From the NCBI GenBank assembly GCA_964654285.1, contig CAZZJC010000025.1, positions 1,046 to 65,045 of the forward strand: 64,000 bases of DNA, written 5' to 3'. A model generated the notes under the pieces. The model did not search any database, was not told the DNA's origin, and worked only from the letters and a program-made list of their open reading frames with translations. This stretch comes from an uncultured Candidatus Kuenenia sp. GTDB lineage: Bacteria > Planctomycetota > UBA11346. Made by a program: the position numbers and the translations under genes. Below are positions 1 to 8,632 of the stretch, piece by piece (position 1 is the stretch's first letter; each line of letters opens with the position of its first letter).

Positions 1-166
1 GGGGGGGATCCGGTGAACAGGGCGGATCCGAGCGGGTTGGATTGGGTGTGGAAAAATCCTCCCGGAAAATGGATATGGGATGGTAAATTTATGGGCGAAG
101 AAGGTAATAATACTGGGACATGCATATAGTACTTGATTCCCAACAACGACTTACAGGATCCCGCCC

Positions 167-1231
167 ATGACCATCGCCCGCACCAAACTCCTGGATGAGA
201 ACCGTCCGACCTGGGTGCATTGCACCTCCCGGTGCGTGCGGCGGGCGTTCCTGGCGGGCGGGAAGTATGAGCACCGCAAGGCGTGGGTGGCGGAACGGAT
301 GGAAATGCTGGCGAAATGCTTTGCGGTGGAGGTTGCCGGATATGCGGTGATGTCGAACCACCTGCATCTGATCGTGCGCATGGATCCGGCGGCGGTGCAG
401 GCGTGGCCGGCGTTGGAGGTGGCTCGGCGGTGGTTGTCGGTGTATCCGCGCAAGTACCTCAAAGATGGCACGGCGCAGCTGCCCAGCGACGCGGAGATCG
501 CGATGCTGGCCAGCAATGCCTTCAAGGTGGCGTTGTGGCGCAAGCGGCTGGCGAACCTCGGCTGGTTCATGAAGGCGCTCAAGGAACCATTGGCCCGGCG
601 GGCGAATCGCGAAGACGCGTGCAAGGGAACGTTCTGGGAAGGGCGCTTCCATTCGGTGCCGCTGCTGGATCAGCCGGCCCTGATCGCGGCGATGGTGTAT
701 GTCGATCTGAATCCGGTGCGGGCGAAGATGGCGGATCGGCCGGAGACGTCGGATTTCACGGCGGGGCAGCGTCGCATCGTAGCGCGCAACCGCCATGCGG
801 CGGCAACCAGGATCGTCGAGCGTGAACCGGTGAAAGCGGCGGCGCTGCTGGCCAAGGCCGGATTGAATGAGGGTGCCCGCCATGCCGAGGACGGTCTGTG
901 GTTGTGTCCGCTCGCACGCTGCCAGGCGGGAGAGCCGCTGTCGAACCAGCGGATCACCGTCGATGACTACCTGACGCTGCTGGATGCGACCGGGAGGCTG
1001 ATCAAGGCCGGCAAGCGCGGCGCGATCCCGCCTGAACTCGCTCCGATCCTGGCCCGGCTCGACCTGTCGGTGGAATCCTGGCTCGCGACGATGCTGGGCT
1101 GGCGGATGTTCGGATTCAGTTCGGCGCTGGGCCACGCCGCGACGCGATCAGCCGAAGCCGCCCGGCGCGGTTTGCAGTGGATCCGCAACCGGTGCCCGCT
1201 GTTCGCCAAGCGGGACGAAGTTGCAGCATAG
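167..1231 (+). CDS. IS200/IS605-superfamily Y1 (HUH) transposase, RAYT-like
   Basis: 354-aa ORF. HUH motif (VMSNHLHLIVRM) and catalytic-Tyr region (AAMVYVDLNPVRAKMA). Low-GC leader at about 60-166. Confidence 0.8.
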   Translation: MTIARTKLLDENRPTWVHCTSRCVRRAFLAGGKYEHRKAWVAERMEMLAKCFAVEVAGYAVMSNHLHLIVRMDPAAVQAWPALEVARRWLSVYPRKYLKDGTAQLPSDAEIAMLASNAFKVALWRKRLANLGWFMKALKEPLARRANREDACKGTFWEGRFHSVPLLDQPALIAAMVYVDLNPVRAKMADRPETSDFTAGQRRIVARNRHAAATRIVEREPVKAAALLAKAGLNEGARHAEDGLWLCPLARCQAGEPLSNQRITVDDYLTLLDATGRLIKAGKRGAIPPELAPILARLDLSVESWLATMLGWRMFGFSSALGHAATRSAEAARRGLQWIRNRCPLFAKRDEVAA

Positions 1232-1321
1232 GACTTTGCGCATGGTGACCGCCCGGTCCCCGGCCCTGGACGCGCCAGGGGCGACGCGCCCCCGTCACGC
1301 CCAGGGCAAGGCGCCCGGCAC

Positions 1322-1393
1322 GCGGTGCGCCCTCGCTCGCTGATGCTGGCCTTGCGCTCGGCGTCGCTCGCTCGGGGACAGCATTCCCCGCTC
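1322..1393. repeat. Copy 1 of a diverged ~70-nt direct repeat
   Basis: Hand alignment with 1705-1774. Both start GCGGTGC..CCTCGCTCGCT and end (C/T)TCGGGGAC...CCCGCTC. Roughly three quarters identical. Confidence 0.5.
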
Positions 1394-1704
1394 GCGCCCA
1401 TTGCCCGGTCCCAGGCTTTTCGCTGCGCGCATGCAGTTCACAAGTGCGCAGCCGGTTCGGCGCGACGCGCGCCTCACCAGGGCTCCGCGTCATCCGCGCG
1501 GCTGACGCCGTGCGTCAGGCGGCACCGACATGGATGACCAGACATTTCAGGGCATGCATGTTGGTCACCTGTCTTCTTCTGTTCCTCCGGTCCCAGGTTC
1601 CCCTTTCATCCCTGTTCCATTGAGTTTTCCAGAGCCATTCTTCGCGCCTTCGGTGCTGCCCCCAGCATCCGCCCTCGTCACGCCCGGCCCAGGCGGTCCG
1701 GTAT

Positions 1705-1774
1705 GCGGTGCTACCTCGCTCGCTCAGGCAGGTTGCCGCTCGGCTCGCCTGTTCGGGGACGGAGTTGCCCGCTC
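1705..1774. repeat. Copy 2 of a diverged ~70-nt direct repeat
   Basis: See 1322-1393. Same orientation, 383 nt downstream of copy 1. Confidence 0.5.
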
Positions 1775-1951
1775 CATGCTTGGGCCGATCCGAGGCTTGT
1801 CGTAGGCGCCTGGTGCAGTGCGGTGAGCACGCCCCGGCATTGGCCCCTTGGCCATGCCGGGTTTTCCCTGCGGCGAACCAGCAAGCCGGGACCAGCCGGT
1901 GGTTGCCGACGCCGGTTCGGCTGCGGATGCTGGCGGAGGAAGGATGCTGGC

Positions 1952-2644
1952 ATGGAAAAGCTGCGTACCCCGTTCCTGATCATCGCGCTCGGGTGCTGCC
2001 TGGCGGTGGTGGGGGCCGAACTGGCGTCGCCCCTGCTGCTGGGGCTGGATGCTGCCAAGGGGCAGACTCCGCCCGGTGTCGGCATCGGTGCGCTCGCCTT
2101 CCTCGATGTCCTGCTGCTGTTCGTCACCCTGCTCTGCGCGCTGCCCCTGATCCTGCCCGAAAGCATCCACGCCAAGCTGCAGGGCGTCGCGACCCTGGTG
2201 GTCGCCATCCTGGTGATCCTGGCCGGGATCGTCGCGATCTTCGTCTTCCTCGCGAAACTGCTGCTGATGATCGGCCTGCTGCTCGCCATCCCATTCGGCA
2301 CCATCGCCTACTTCATCATGTTCGGGGACTTCGCCACCGGTTCGGCGCAGGCGGTGCTGGGCGGCATCTACGGGGCGAAGCTCGCCTTCTGCGTCTGCCT
2401 GGTCCTGGCGCACCAGCGGTTCCTGCAGAACAAGGGGCTGGTGCTGCTCACGCTCTGCTCGTTATTGGGCAACCTGATCGTCGGCTTCCTGCATGGCCTG
2501 GTACCCGGCTTCCTGGTCAGCATCACCGACGCCATCGCGGCCATCGTGGTGGTGATCATCGCCATCATCTGGGCCATCCTGCTCGCGATCGGCAGCCTGC
2601 CGGCGATCCTCAAGGCTGTGAACGTCAGCAAGAACGTGGGCTGA
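1952..2644 (+). CDS. Polytopic membrane protein, unknown function
   Basis: 230 aa from ATG 1952, preceded by GGAGGAAGG. About six hydrophobic helices. The Arg/Gly-rich upstream part of the 313-aa ORF is not credited. Confidence 0.6.
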   Translation: MEKLRTPFLIIALGCCLAVVGAELASPLLLGLDAAKGQTPPGVGIGALAFLDVLLLFVTLLCALPLILPESIHAKLQGVATLVVAILVILAGIVAIFVFLAKLLLMIGLLLAIPFGTIAYFIMFGDFATGSAQAVLGGIYGAKLAFCVCLVLAHQRFLQNKGLVLLTLCSLLGNLIVGFLHGLVPGFLVSITDAIAAIVVVIIAIIWAILLAIGSLPAILKAVNVSKNVG

Positions 2645-2838
2645 ATTCGCGGGCCATAGCTGGCGGATTGGCGTCAGAAAAAGCCGGGCAATCTCCCAAA
2701 GAACTTCCCTGCTGCGCGGGGTTCCGGCTGCGCCGGAAGAGACGGCTTGGCCGTCCCAAGTTCTTGTTTGTCCGGGGCTGGCCGCCCCCGTAACGCGCCT
2801 CCGGCGCTCCCCCGTGCGCAGCCTGACGGCTGCTCACG

Positions 2839-3078
2839 TCAGAAGGAATGCTTTGCCCTGATTTCCGCAATATGCCGGGCGGTTGATGCGGAATGCTTCG
2901 ATTGCAGGGCTTTGTCGAAGATGCTGGCCAGCACGCGTTTTTCATCCGCGTCGATGACGTTGTCGGCCAGGGCGAGGCCCATCAGGAAATTGATTTCATT
3001 CTCATCCAATCGACCGTCATCGGTAAAGCATTTGATCGAACTCAAGGCCAGGTGCAGGTGGGATTTGATTTGGCTCAT
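2839..3078 (-). CDS. Small TerB-like helical protein
   Basis: 79 aa. GAGGAA Shine-Dalgarno about 7 nt upstream. DGRLDENEINFLMGLALADNVIDADEKRVL resembles TerB/DjlA-N type domains. Weak family call. Confidence 0.5.
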   Translation of the reverse strand: MSQIKSHLHLALSSIKCFTDDGRLDENEINFLMGLALADNVIDADEKRVLASIFDKALQSKHSASTARHIAEIRAKHSF

Positions 3079-3175
3079 GGGGAGGTTCCTCGGTTGGTTG
3101 ACTCATGGTGGGGCGCGGTTTGGGTCCGTCCAGGATCGCGGTCATGCCGGTCATGGCTGCCGGATGCACGCGACG

Positions 3176-4108
3176 CTATTCGATCTTCAGCGTCAGGGCC
3201 GGGCCGGTGGCATTCAGGGTGACGGTTCCGCCACCTTCGTAGACGACCAGGGAATAGCGCTGGGAACCCTGGTCGCGGCGATGGGCGTCGCGGTCGGGGA
3301 AGATGGCGACCGGTTCAGGTGGGGACTTGGCCTTGTCAGGCAGATCGGCCACGAAGGGGGGCAGCATCCGCCAGGTCACCTGGGCGAGGAATTCCTGGGG
3401 AGGGGCGCCCGGGGGCAGGTTTTTCGCCGGTGCCGGAGCGGTGGCAGGTGAGATCAGGTTGAAAGTCAGACGGCGCGAGGTCTTCCCCGGTTCGGGGGCG
3501 ATGCGCAGGGTGACGGCCTGCTTGGGCTTGTCCTGGTCGGGGAAGGTGAATTTCCGCTTGGCGGTATCCAGGTTCGCCCCATCGACGGTGATCTGCTTGA
3601 GGTCGAAGCCGGGCTGGTTGCCGGGAAACTGGAGGTCCACCGTCACCTCGGAGCGGATGGTGCTCAGGGTCGCGGTTCCTCCGGCGCTGGGGAAGGCGAG
3701 TTGCGTGCGCTTGCCTGGGCGGAGATCTTCAGCCGTGCCATCGGGGCGGGCAATCTGCGCCACGACGGCAGTCTCGTCGGCCCCTGCCGTGCTGACCCCG
3801 AGGCTGAGGGTGCGGGTGCGCGCGGGTTTCGCCGCGTCGGGCGCGACCCGCAGGGTCACCACGTTGCCGGGCAGGACGAAGGTGCGCTTGCCGGTGTCCA
3901 GGGTGGCGCCGTCGACGGTGATCTGCTTCAGATCGAATCCGGGCTGGGTCCAGGCCAGGGCGCCATCGATCGCGCCCATGAAGGCCGGCGGTTCGTAGCT
4001 CTCGCCGGCGGCCGGTTTCTTGGCGTCGTGGTTGCGGCTGCCCAGGTACAGGCTGGCGCCCCAGGCGAGGACGAGCAGCACCAGGATGACGATCACCGGC
4101 TTGGGCAT
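3176..4108 (-). CDS. Signal-anchored protein with an internally duplicated module (last large gene of the CIS operon)
   Basis: 310 aa. N-terminal hydrophobic anchor (VIVILVLLVLAWGASLYL). Module QPGFDLKQITVDGAxLDTxKRxF...TLRxAP occurs twice. Start is 12 nt after the stop of the preceding gene. Confidence 0.65.
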   Translation of the reverse strand: MPKPVIVILVLLVLAWGASLYLGSRNHDAKKPAAGESYEPPAFMGAIDGALAWTQPGFDLKQITVDGATLDTGKRTFVLPGNVVTLRVAPDAAKPARTRTLSLGVSTAGADETAVVAQIARPDGTAEDLRPGKRTQLAFPSAGGTATLSTIRSEVTVDLQFPGNQPGFDLKQITVDGANLDTAKRKFTFPDQDKPKQAVTLRIAPEPGKTSRRLTFNLISPATAPAPAKNLPPGAPPQEFLAQVTWRMLPPFVADLPDKAKSPPEPVAIFPDRDAHRRDQGSQRYSLVVYEGGGTVTLNATGPALTLKIE

Positions 4109-4120
4109 GCGGGGCTCGGG

Positions 4121-5164
4121 CTATTTCTTCTGGGGCTGGATCGGAACCGCCACCGGCTGGTCCATGCGCCGGATGGTGCCCTCGGCCACGCCCTGCTGGA
4201 AGGTGCCCATCACCGCCTGGCGTTCGATGGACGACAATTCCCTGGTCAGGCGGCGGTTCACCGTGAGTTTGACCAGCGATTCCTTGTCGACCAGGGTGCC
4301 GGCCGCAGGCACCTGGCCGAGGATGACCCCGTCGGCGATCTTGGGATTGCCGGTGGTGGCGATCGCATAGCGCAGCTGGGACTTCTGCATCTCTGCGTCG
4401 GCTTCCCGCAACGGCCTGCCGGTCAGCGTCGGCACCTTGATCTTGATGTCAGGCGTGCCGACGGGCGGCAGGCCAGGACGCTGGGCGATGATCAGGTTCA
4501 CCAGCTCGCCGGCCTCGACCGTCGCTTCGGCGGCCGGATCCTGGCTGAGGACGGTCTCGTCGTTGTGCGTGGTGTCGGGCTTGTAGTTGATGCTGCCCAC
4601 GCGCAGGGCCGAGGAGCGGATGCGGGTTTCTGCCTCGCTCAACGCCAGGCCCTCCAGCTTCGGCATGGCGAGCTTGGGCGGCGGGGGTGGCGGCGGCGGC
4701 TCCTGCATGGCGAGGATGATCGCGACGGCTCCGCCGACCACGATGATCGCGCCGATCAGGCTGAAGATGATCCAGGCCGGGAAGGGCGGCTTCACCTGCG
4801 CCTCGGGCACGGTCACGCTCAAGGATGGGCTGCGCGCGACATCGCCGTCGGGATTCGCGGTGTTGAGGGCGAGGACGTTGAAGCGGTAGGTGCCCGGAGC
4901 CGGCCGCTGCGCGGCGGAGACGCGCAGCCGGTAGGTGACGCTGTCATTGGTCCGGATGTCGAGTTCGGGCGCCTGGCTGGGCAGCTCGCGGCCGTCCTCG
5001 CTGAGCAGCCGCGCGGTCAGGCCCGGCGTCCCGCCTTCGATCAGGGTGCGCGCGGTCTGGGTGAAGCCGCTGCCGTTGCCGACGCGGATCTCGAACTCCG
5101 CCGTGAGGTCGGGGCCGAGGATGCGGTTGTCCGAGGAGGCGCTGACGGTGAAGGAGGTGGGCAT
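4121..5164 (-). CDS. CIS-associated bitopic membrane protein: Ig-like (CARDB-like) N-domain, TM helix, 2 PASTA repeats
   Basis: 347 aa with no signal peptide. N-domain ends ...PGTYRFNVLALN.... TM helix is WIIFSLIGAIIVVGGAVAIILA, followed by a poly-Pro run. Two PASTA-type repeats (MPKLEGLALSEAETRI...VLSQDPAA and VPTLTGRPLREADAEM...ILGQVPAAGT). Confidence 0.8.
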   Translation of the reverse strand: MPTSFTVSASSDNRILGPDLTAEFEIRVGNGSGFTQTARTLIEGGTPGLTARLLSEDGRELPSQAPELDIRTNDSVTYRLRVSAAQRPAPGTYRFNVLALNTANPDGDVARSPSLSVTVPEAQVKPPFPAWIIFSLIGAIIVVGGAVAIILAMQEPPPPPPPPKLAMPKLEGLALSEAETRIRSSALRVGSINYKPDTTHNDETVLSQDPAAEATVEAGELVNLIIAQRPGLPPVGTPDIKIKVPTLTGRPLREADAEMQKSQLRYAIATTGNPKIADGVILGQVPAAGTLVDKESLVKLTVNRRLTRELSSIERQAVMGTFQQGVAEGTIRRMDQPVAVPIQPQKK

Positions 5165-5227
5165 GGGATTTTGCTCGGGTGGCCGGTGGCAGGTGGGCTG
5201 GCAGGCAGGCGCGATCGCGGTCGGAAC

Positions 5228-7360
5228 CTAGCGGGAGAGGAACCGGATCAACTGGTCCTGGTTCACCCGCTCGATCGGCAGCGCCTGCTCCTGGGGTTGG
5301 CCGTTCCTGAGCGTGTACCGGATCAGCAGTTGCGGCATGTAGATGGGGGGACTCCGACGCAAATCCAGGAATCTTCCATTGCGCAGCTCGAACACGCCGG
5401 TTTCGGTGAGATCGCGTTCCGTCGCGGGCCTGTGATCAGGGGCGGGCCTGCCGGGATGGCCCCGCATGCCGCCGCGTTCGATGAGGGCGAGGATCCGCAG
5501 GTCGTTGTTGAGCGCGAAGCCCTTCTGCTTCCAGATGGCGAAATCAGCCTGGGACAGGGTGAGCGATTCCTTGGTCGAAACCACGTAGCCGTAGAAATGC
5601 GGCAGCCAGCTGCCCACGGGCATCACCTTGATGGTCGTCAGGCCCTCCAGCCGGCCGAGGTCGACGCGGGCGCTGGTGGTGAGTCGATCCGCCGTCCACG
5701 AACCGGTGACGGTGGCGAAGGCGTTGGTGGACTTCAGCGCCCCCTTCACCAGCACCTTGCAGGGCCGGCTCTCGGCGGCGGTGAACAGGGCATAGAGGTG
5801 GTAGGTTCCGGTCTCAACCTTCACGCTGAACTCGTGCGCGGTGCCGCCGAGGACGGAGATCGGCGCCTCGGTGACAGGAATGGGTGGTTGCGCAGTCGCG
5901 ATGAGCTCGCAGGCCTTGATCGGGATGTCCGGTGCCTGGCCGGCGAGGGTCAGCACGATCTTGTCGCTCGCCGCGACGCGGGCCTTCGCGGCCGGCTTCT
6001 GCTCGATCACCGTGCCCGGCGGACTGCCGCTCGCCTGCTCCTGGATGGTGATGTATTCCGGCCCCCAGCCGAGTTCATCCAGCCTGGCCAGGGCCTGCTG
6101 ACGGCTCTTTCCGGTCAGGTCGGGCATGGCGGTCGCCAGGGTGAGGTTGACCAGTCTCGCATCCGGGATCGGAGCGCCCGGCAGGGGGGTCTGGCTGACC
6201 ACCAGATCCGGATCGGCGTCGGACAGTTCGTAGCTGACCTTGCCCGGTTTCAGCTCGGCGGCGGCCAGGCTCGGGGCCACGGCGGCCAGGGGCGCCCCGA
6301 TCACGTTGGGCACTTTGCGCACCACGGTCAGGTTGATCCGTTGGCCGGTGGCTACCACCTGGCGGGGAGCCGGATCCTGATCCGCCACGGTGTTGTTGTC
6401 GCCCAGCGGCGCGTATTTGTAGTCGATGGACCCCTTGGCCAGACCGGCGTCCTGGATCTGCTCCAGCGCCGCGTCGAGGGGCAGGTTGATCAGGCGCGGC
6501 ATGAGGGAATTCGCGGCCACCTTGAGGGCGATGAGCTTGTCGGTCGGCACCCGCGCCCCGGCGGGCGGATCCTGGCTCAGGACCAGGTTCTTGTTCCGGC
6601 TCGGGTCGGGCACCTCGGTGCTCGAGATGTGATCCTCGCGCACGCCGAGCTGCACGAGCAGCCGTTGCGCGTCGCGCAGGGGCAATGCGACCACGCTGGG
6701 CATGGGGCGGGCGAGGATCAGATCGATGGTGCGGGTCGGGGGCAGCGCCGCCCCGGCGGCGGGATTCTGGCCCACCACGGCGTCGGAATCCGCATCCGAC
6801 AACTGGTAGGTGACCGTCCCGAGCCGCAGATGCGCGGCCGCCAGCCTGCTGCTGGCGGTGCTGAAGGGGGATCCGACCAGGCTCGGCACCGTGCGCGACT
6901 GGACGGCGAGGATGAGCGCGGTGGCTCCGCCGAGGACGATCAGGGCCGCCACGGCGGCGAAGATCATCCATGGCTTGAGCGGCATGGGCTGGCTGAGCTG
7001 GCCCACCACCACGCTCAGGGACTGGCTGTGCGCCACGTCGGCATTGGGATTCACCGTGTTCACGGCGAGGACGCTGAACCGGTAGGTGCCGGCTGGCGGC
7101 CGCTGGCGGGCGGCGAGGCGCAGGCGGTAGACGACCTCCTCGTTGGCCCGGATGTCGACCTCGGGGGTCTGGCTCGCCAATGGCGAACCATCGGCGGCGA
7201 GCAGCTGGGCATCGAGTCCCGGGGTGGCGCTCTCGATCAGCGTGCGGGCGGTCTGGGTGAAGCCGCTGGTGTTGGCGATCCGCACCTGGAACTCGGCCGA
7301 CAGATCCGGCCCGAGGGCGATGCTGACGGCGGGGGTGGTGACGGTGAAGGACGTGGGCAT
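5228..7360 (-). CDS. CIS-associated bitopic membrane protein: Ig-like N-domain, TM helix, 5 PASTA repeats, beta-rich CBM-like C-domain
   Basis: 710 aa. N-domain is 77/119 identical (hand alignment) to that of 4121-5164. Five repeats of the type VPxLxG...A...L...L..G.V......V..Q.P.aG. C-terminal ~240 aa contains GTYHLYALFTAAESRPCKVLVKG. Confidence 0.85.
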   Translation of the reverse strand: MPTSFTVTTPAVSIALGPDLSAEFQVRIANTSGFTQTARTLIESATPGLDAQLLAADGSPLASQTPEVDIRANEEVVYRLRLAARQRPPAGTYRFSVLAVNTVNPNADVAHSQSLSVVVGQLSQPMPLKPWMIFAAVAALIVLGGATALILAVQSRTVPSLVGSPFSTASSRLAAAHLRLGTVTYQLSDADSDAVVGQNPAAGAALPPTRTIDLILARPMPSVVALPLRDAQRLLVQLGVREDHISSTEVPDPSRNKNLVLSQDPPAGARVPTDKLIALKVAANSLMPRLINLPLDAALEQIQDAGLAKGSIDYKYAPLGDNNTVADQDPAPRQVVATGQRINLTVVRKVPNVIGAPLAAVAPSLAAAELKPGKVSYELSDADPDLVVSQTPLPGAPIPDARLVNLTLATAMPDLTGKSRQQALARLDELGWGPEYITIQEQASGSPPGTVIEQKPAAKARVAASDKIVLTLAGQAPDIPIKACELIATAQPPIPVTEAPISVLGGTAHEFSVKVETGTYHLYALFTAAESRPCKVLVKGALKSTNAFATVTGSWTADRLTTSARVDLGRLEGLTTIKVMPVGSWLPHFYGYVVSTKESLTLSQADFAIWKQKGFALNNDLRILALIERGGMRGHPGRPAPDHRPATERDLTETGVFELRNGRFLDLRRSPPIYMPQLLIRYTLRNGQPQEQALPIERVNQDQLIRFLSR

Positions 7361-7370
7361 GGGTGCGCTG

Positions 7371-8117
7371 CTATTGGTTGAATTGCCGGGCCGGCGTCGG
7401 CTTGCGCGTGGGCGTCGTCTCGACCGGCTTCACCGGCGTCTTCTCGACCGCCGCCGGCTTGGCGGGGACGGCCTCGGGCCGCGACGCGGTTTCGTGCGGC
7501 GTCGCGGGCGTGCTGGCGGGTTCTGCCTTGGGCGGCTCTCTGCGCGCGGGTTCCGCCGCCGCCGGTTCGGATTTCGCCGGTTCCGGTCTGGCCGGCGCGG
7601 GTTTTTCCTCGCCTGGCGTCCTGGGCGATTCCTTGCTTTCAGGCTTGGCTGGTCCGGCCGGTTTGGCCGGTTCGGCCGGCCGGGTCAGGGCGAACCACAG
7701 CAGGGTGCTGGCGGTGGCGAGCATCAGCACCCCGAGCAGCACCAGCCACCACGGGAAGCCCGGCGGCGGGGGCGCGGCCTGATGCATGGCCGCGACGGTC
7801 ACGGTGATCTCGGGGCCGTTGATCGCCGGTCCGCCTCCGGTCGGGACGAGATCGAGGCGGAAGCGGTAGCCGCCGGCCGCGACCGTCGGCGGCACCGCGA
7901 CCGCGACCAGGCAGATCCCGGTGGTGCCGGCATCGAGCTGCACCGTCGGCGTGGCGGCGGCGAGGGCGCCGGCCAGTTCGCGGTCGAGGGCGACCGGGGT
8001 CGGCGTCACCTGGGCCGGCTCGCCGCCGCGATTGGTCAGGCTGAACACGACCCGCCCGCGCCGGGTGGCCGGATCGAGGTTCAGGCTGACGCTGGCGGTC
8101 TCGGCGAGGACGTTCAT
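7371..8117 (-). CDS. CIS-associated bitopic membrane protein: Ig-like N-domain, TM helix, Pro/Ala/Lys/Glu-rich tail
   Basis: 248 aa. N-domain has the same pattern (...SLTNRGGEPAQV...AAGGYRFRLDLV...). TM helix is WWLVLLGVLMLATASTLLWFAL. About 105 aa of PAKPE-type low complexity follows. 4-nt overlap with the upstream gene. Confidence 0.7.
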   Translation of the reverse strand: MNVLAETASVSLNLDPATRRGRVVFSLTNRGGEPAQVTPTPVALDRELAGALAAATPTVQLDAGTTGICLVAVAVPPTVAAGGYRFRLDLVPTGGGPAINGPEITVTVAAMHQAAPPPPGFPWWLVLLGVLMLATASTLLWFALTRPAEPAKPAGPAKPESKESPRTPGEEKPAPARPEPAKSEPAAAEPARREPPKAEPASTPATPHETASRPEAVPAKPAAVEKTPVKPVETTPTRKPTPARQFNQ

Positions 8118-8632
8118 GCGGCGGCGACCAGCTCGTGGGTGACGTGCGCCGGCTTGGCGAGTTCGATGACGGCCTCCATCAGGGGGCGCTGGCCGGCGCA
8201 GGCGGCGGGATGGCGGATGCAGAGGTGGTGCAGCCGGGGACGGCCATCGGCGCCGAGGTTCTCGGCGATGGCGAAGCCGTCGTGGCCGGTGGCGAGGCGG
8301 AGGAAGCGCAGCATGCCCGAGCGGGTTCCGCGCCAGCGCGCGAGGTCGTGGGCCTGGGCGACCAGTTCGCGCAGCCGGGCGGGATCGGTCACCGCGGCGC
8401 GGTTGCCCAGCGCGGGCAGGAAGCGCGCCAGGTCGACCCAGCGGGCGAGGAATGGGACGAACGATTCCGGGGCGCGACGGGGGTCGAGATATGCATCGAT
8501 GTCGGCCAGGATCCGCTCATCCTTGCGCATCAGTCCGGCCATGACCTCGACCAGGCCGTCGCTGATCGTACCCGGGGTCGCGGTCTGGCTGACCACGGCC
8601 GGCAGCAGCTGGAGGATCTGATCGCGGGTCAT
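8114..8632 (-). CDS. Phage tail protein I-like baseplate wedge protein (Afp12-type N-domain)
   Basis: 172 aa from ATG 8632 (ATGA overlap with the stop of 8629-9222). LLPAVV...DPRRAPESFVPFLARWVDL...ARWRGTRSGMLRFLRLATG matches the tail-protein-I signature. The 269-aa upstream extension is rejected. Confidence 0.8.
   Translation of the reverse strand: MTRDQILQLLPAVVSQTATPGTISDGLVEVMAGLMRKDERILADIDAYLDPRRAPESFVPFLARWVDLARFLPALGNRAAVTDPARLRELVAQAHDLARWRGTRSGMLRFLRLATGHDGFAIAENLGADGRPRLHHLCIRHPAACAGQRPLMEAVIELAKPAHVTHELVAAA

Noticed and set aside
1530-1805. 91-aa ORF in the non-coding stretch after the transposase
   Set aside because: There is no ribosome-binding site, the translation is Pro/Ser/Gly-rich, it overlaps the diverged repeat unit, and there is no motif.
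4121-7360. PASTA repeats as evidence for a Gram-positive host, or for a PknB kinase or PBP gene
   Set aside because: The ORFs contain no kinase or transpeptidase domain. The window also encodes a TonB-dependent outer-membrane receptor and lipobox lipoproteins, so the host is a diderm.
3701-7381. 1226-aa plus-strand ORF covering the PASTA gene region
   Set aside because: It is antisense to minus-strand genes that have clear domain architecture. Its translation is Arg/Gly/Ala/Asp-rich with no motif, which is the typical shadow ORF of high-GC DNA.
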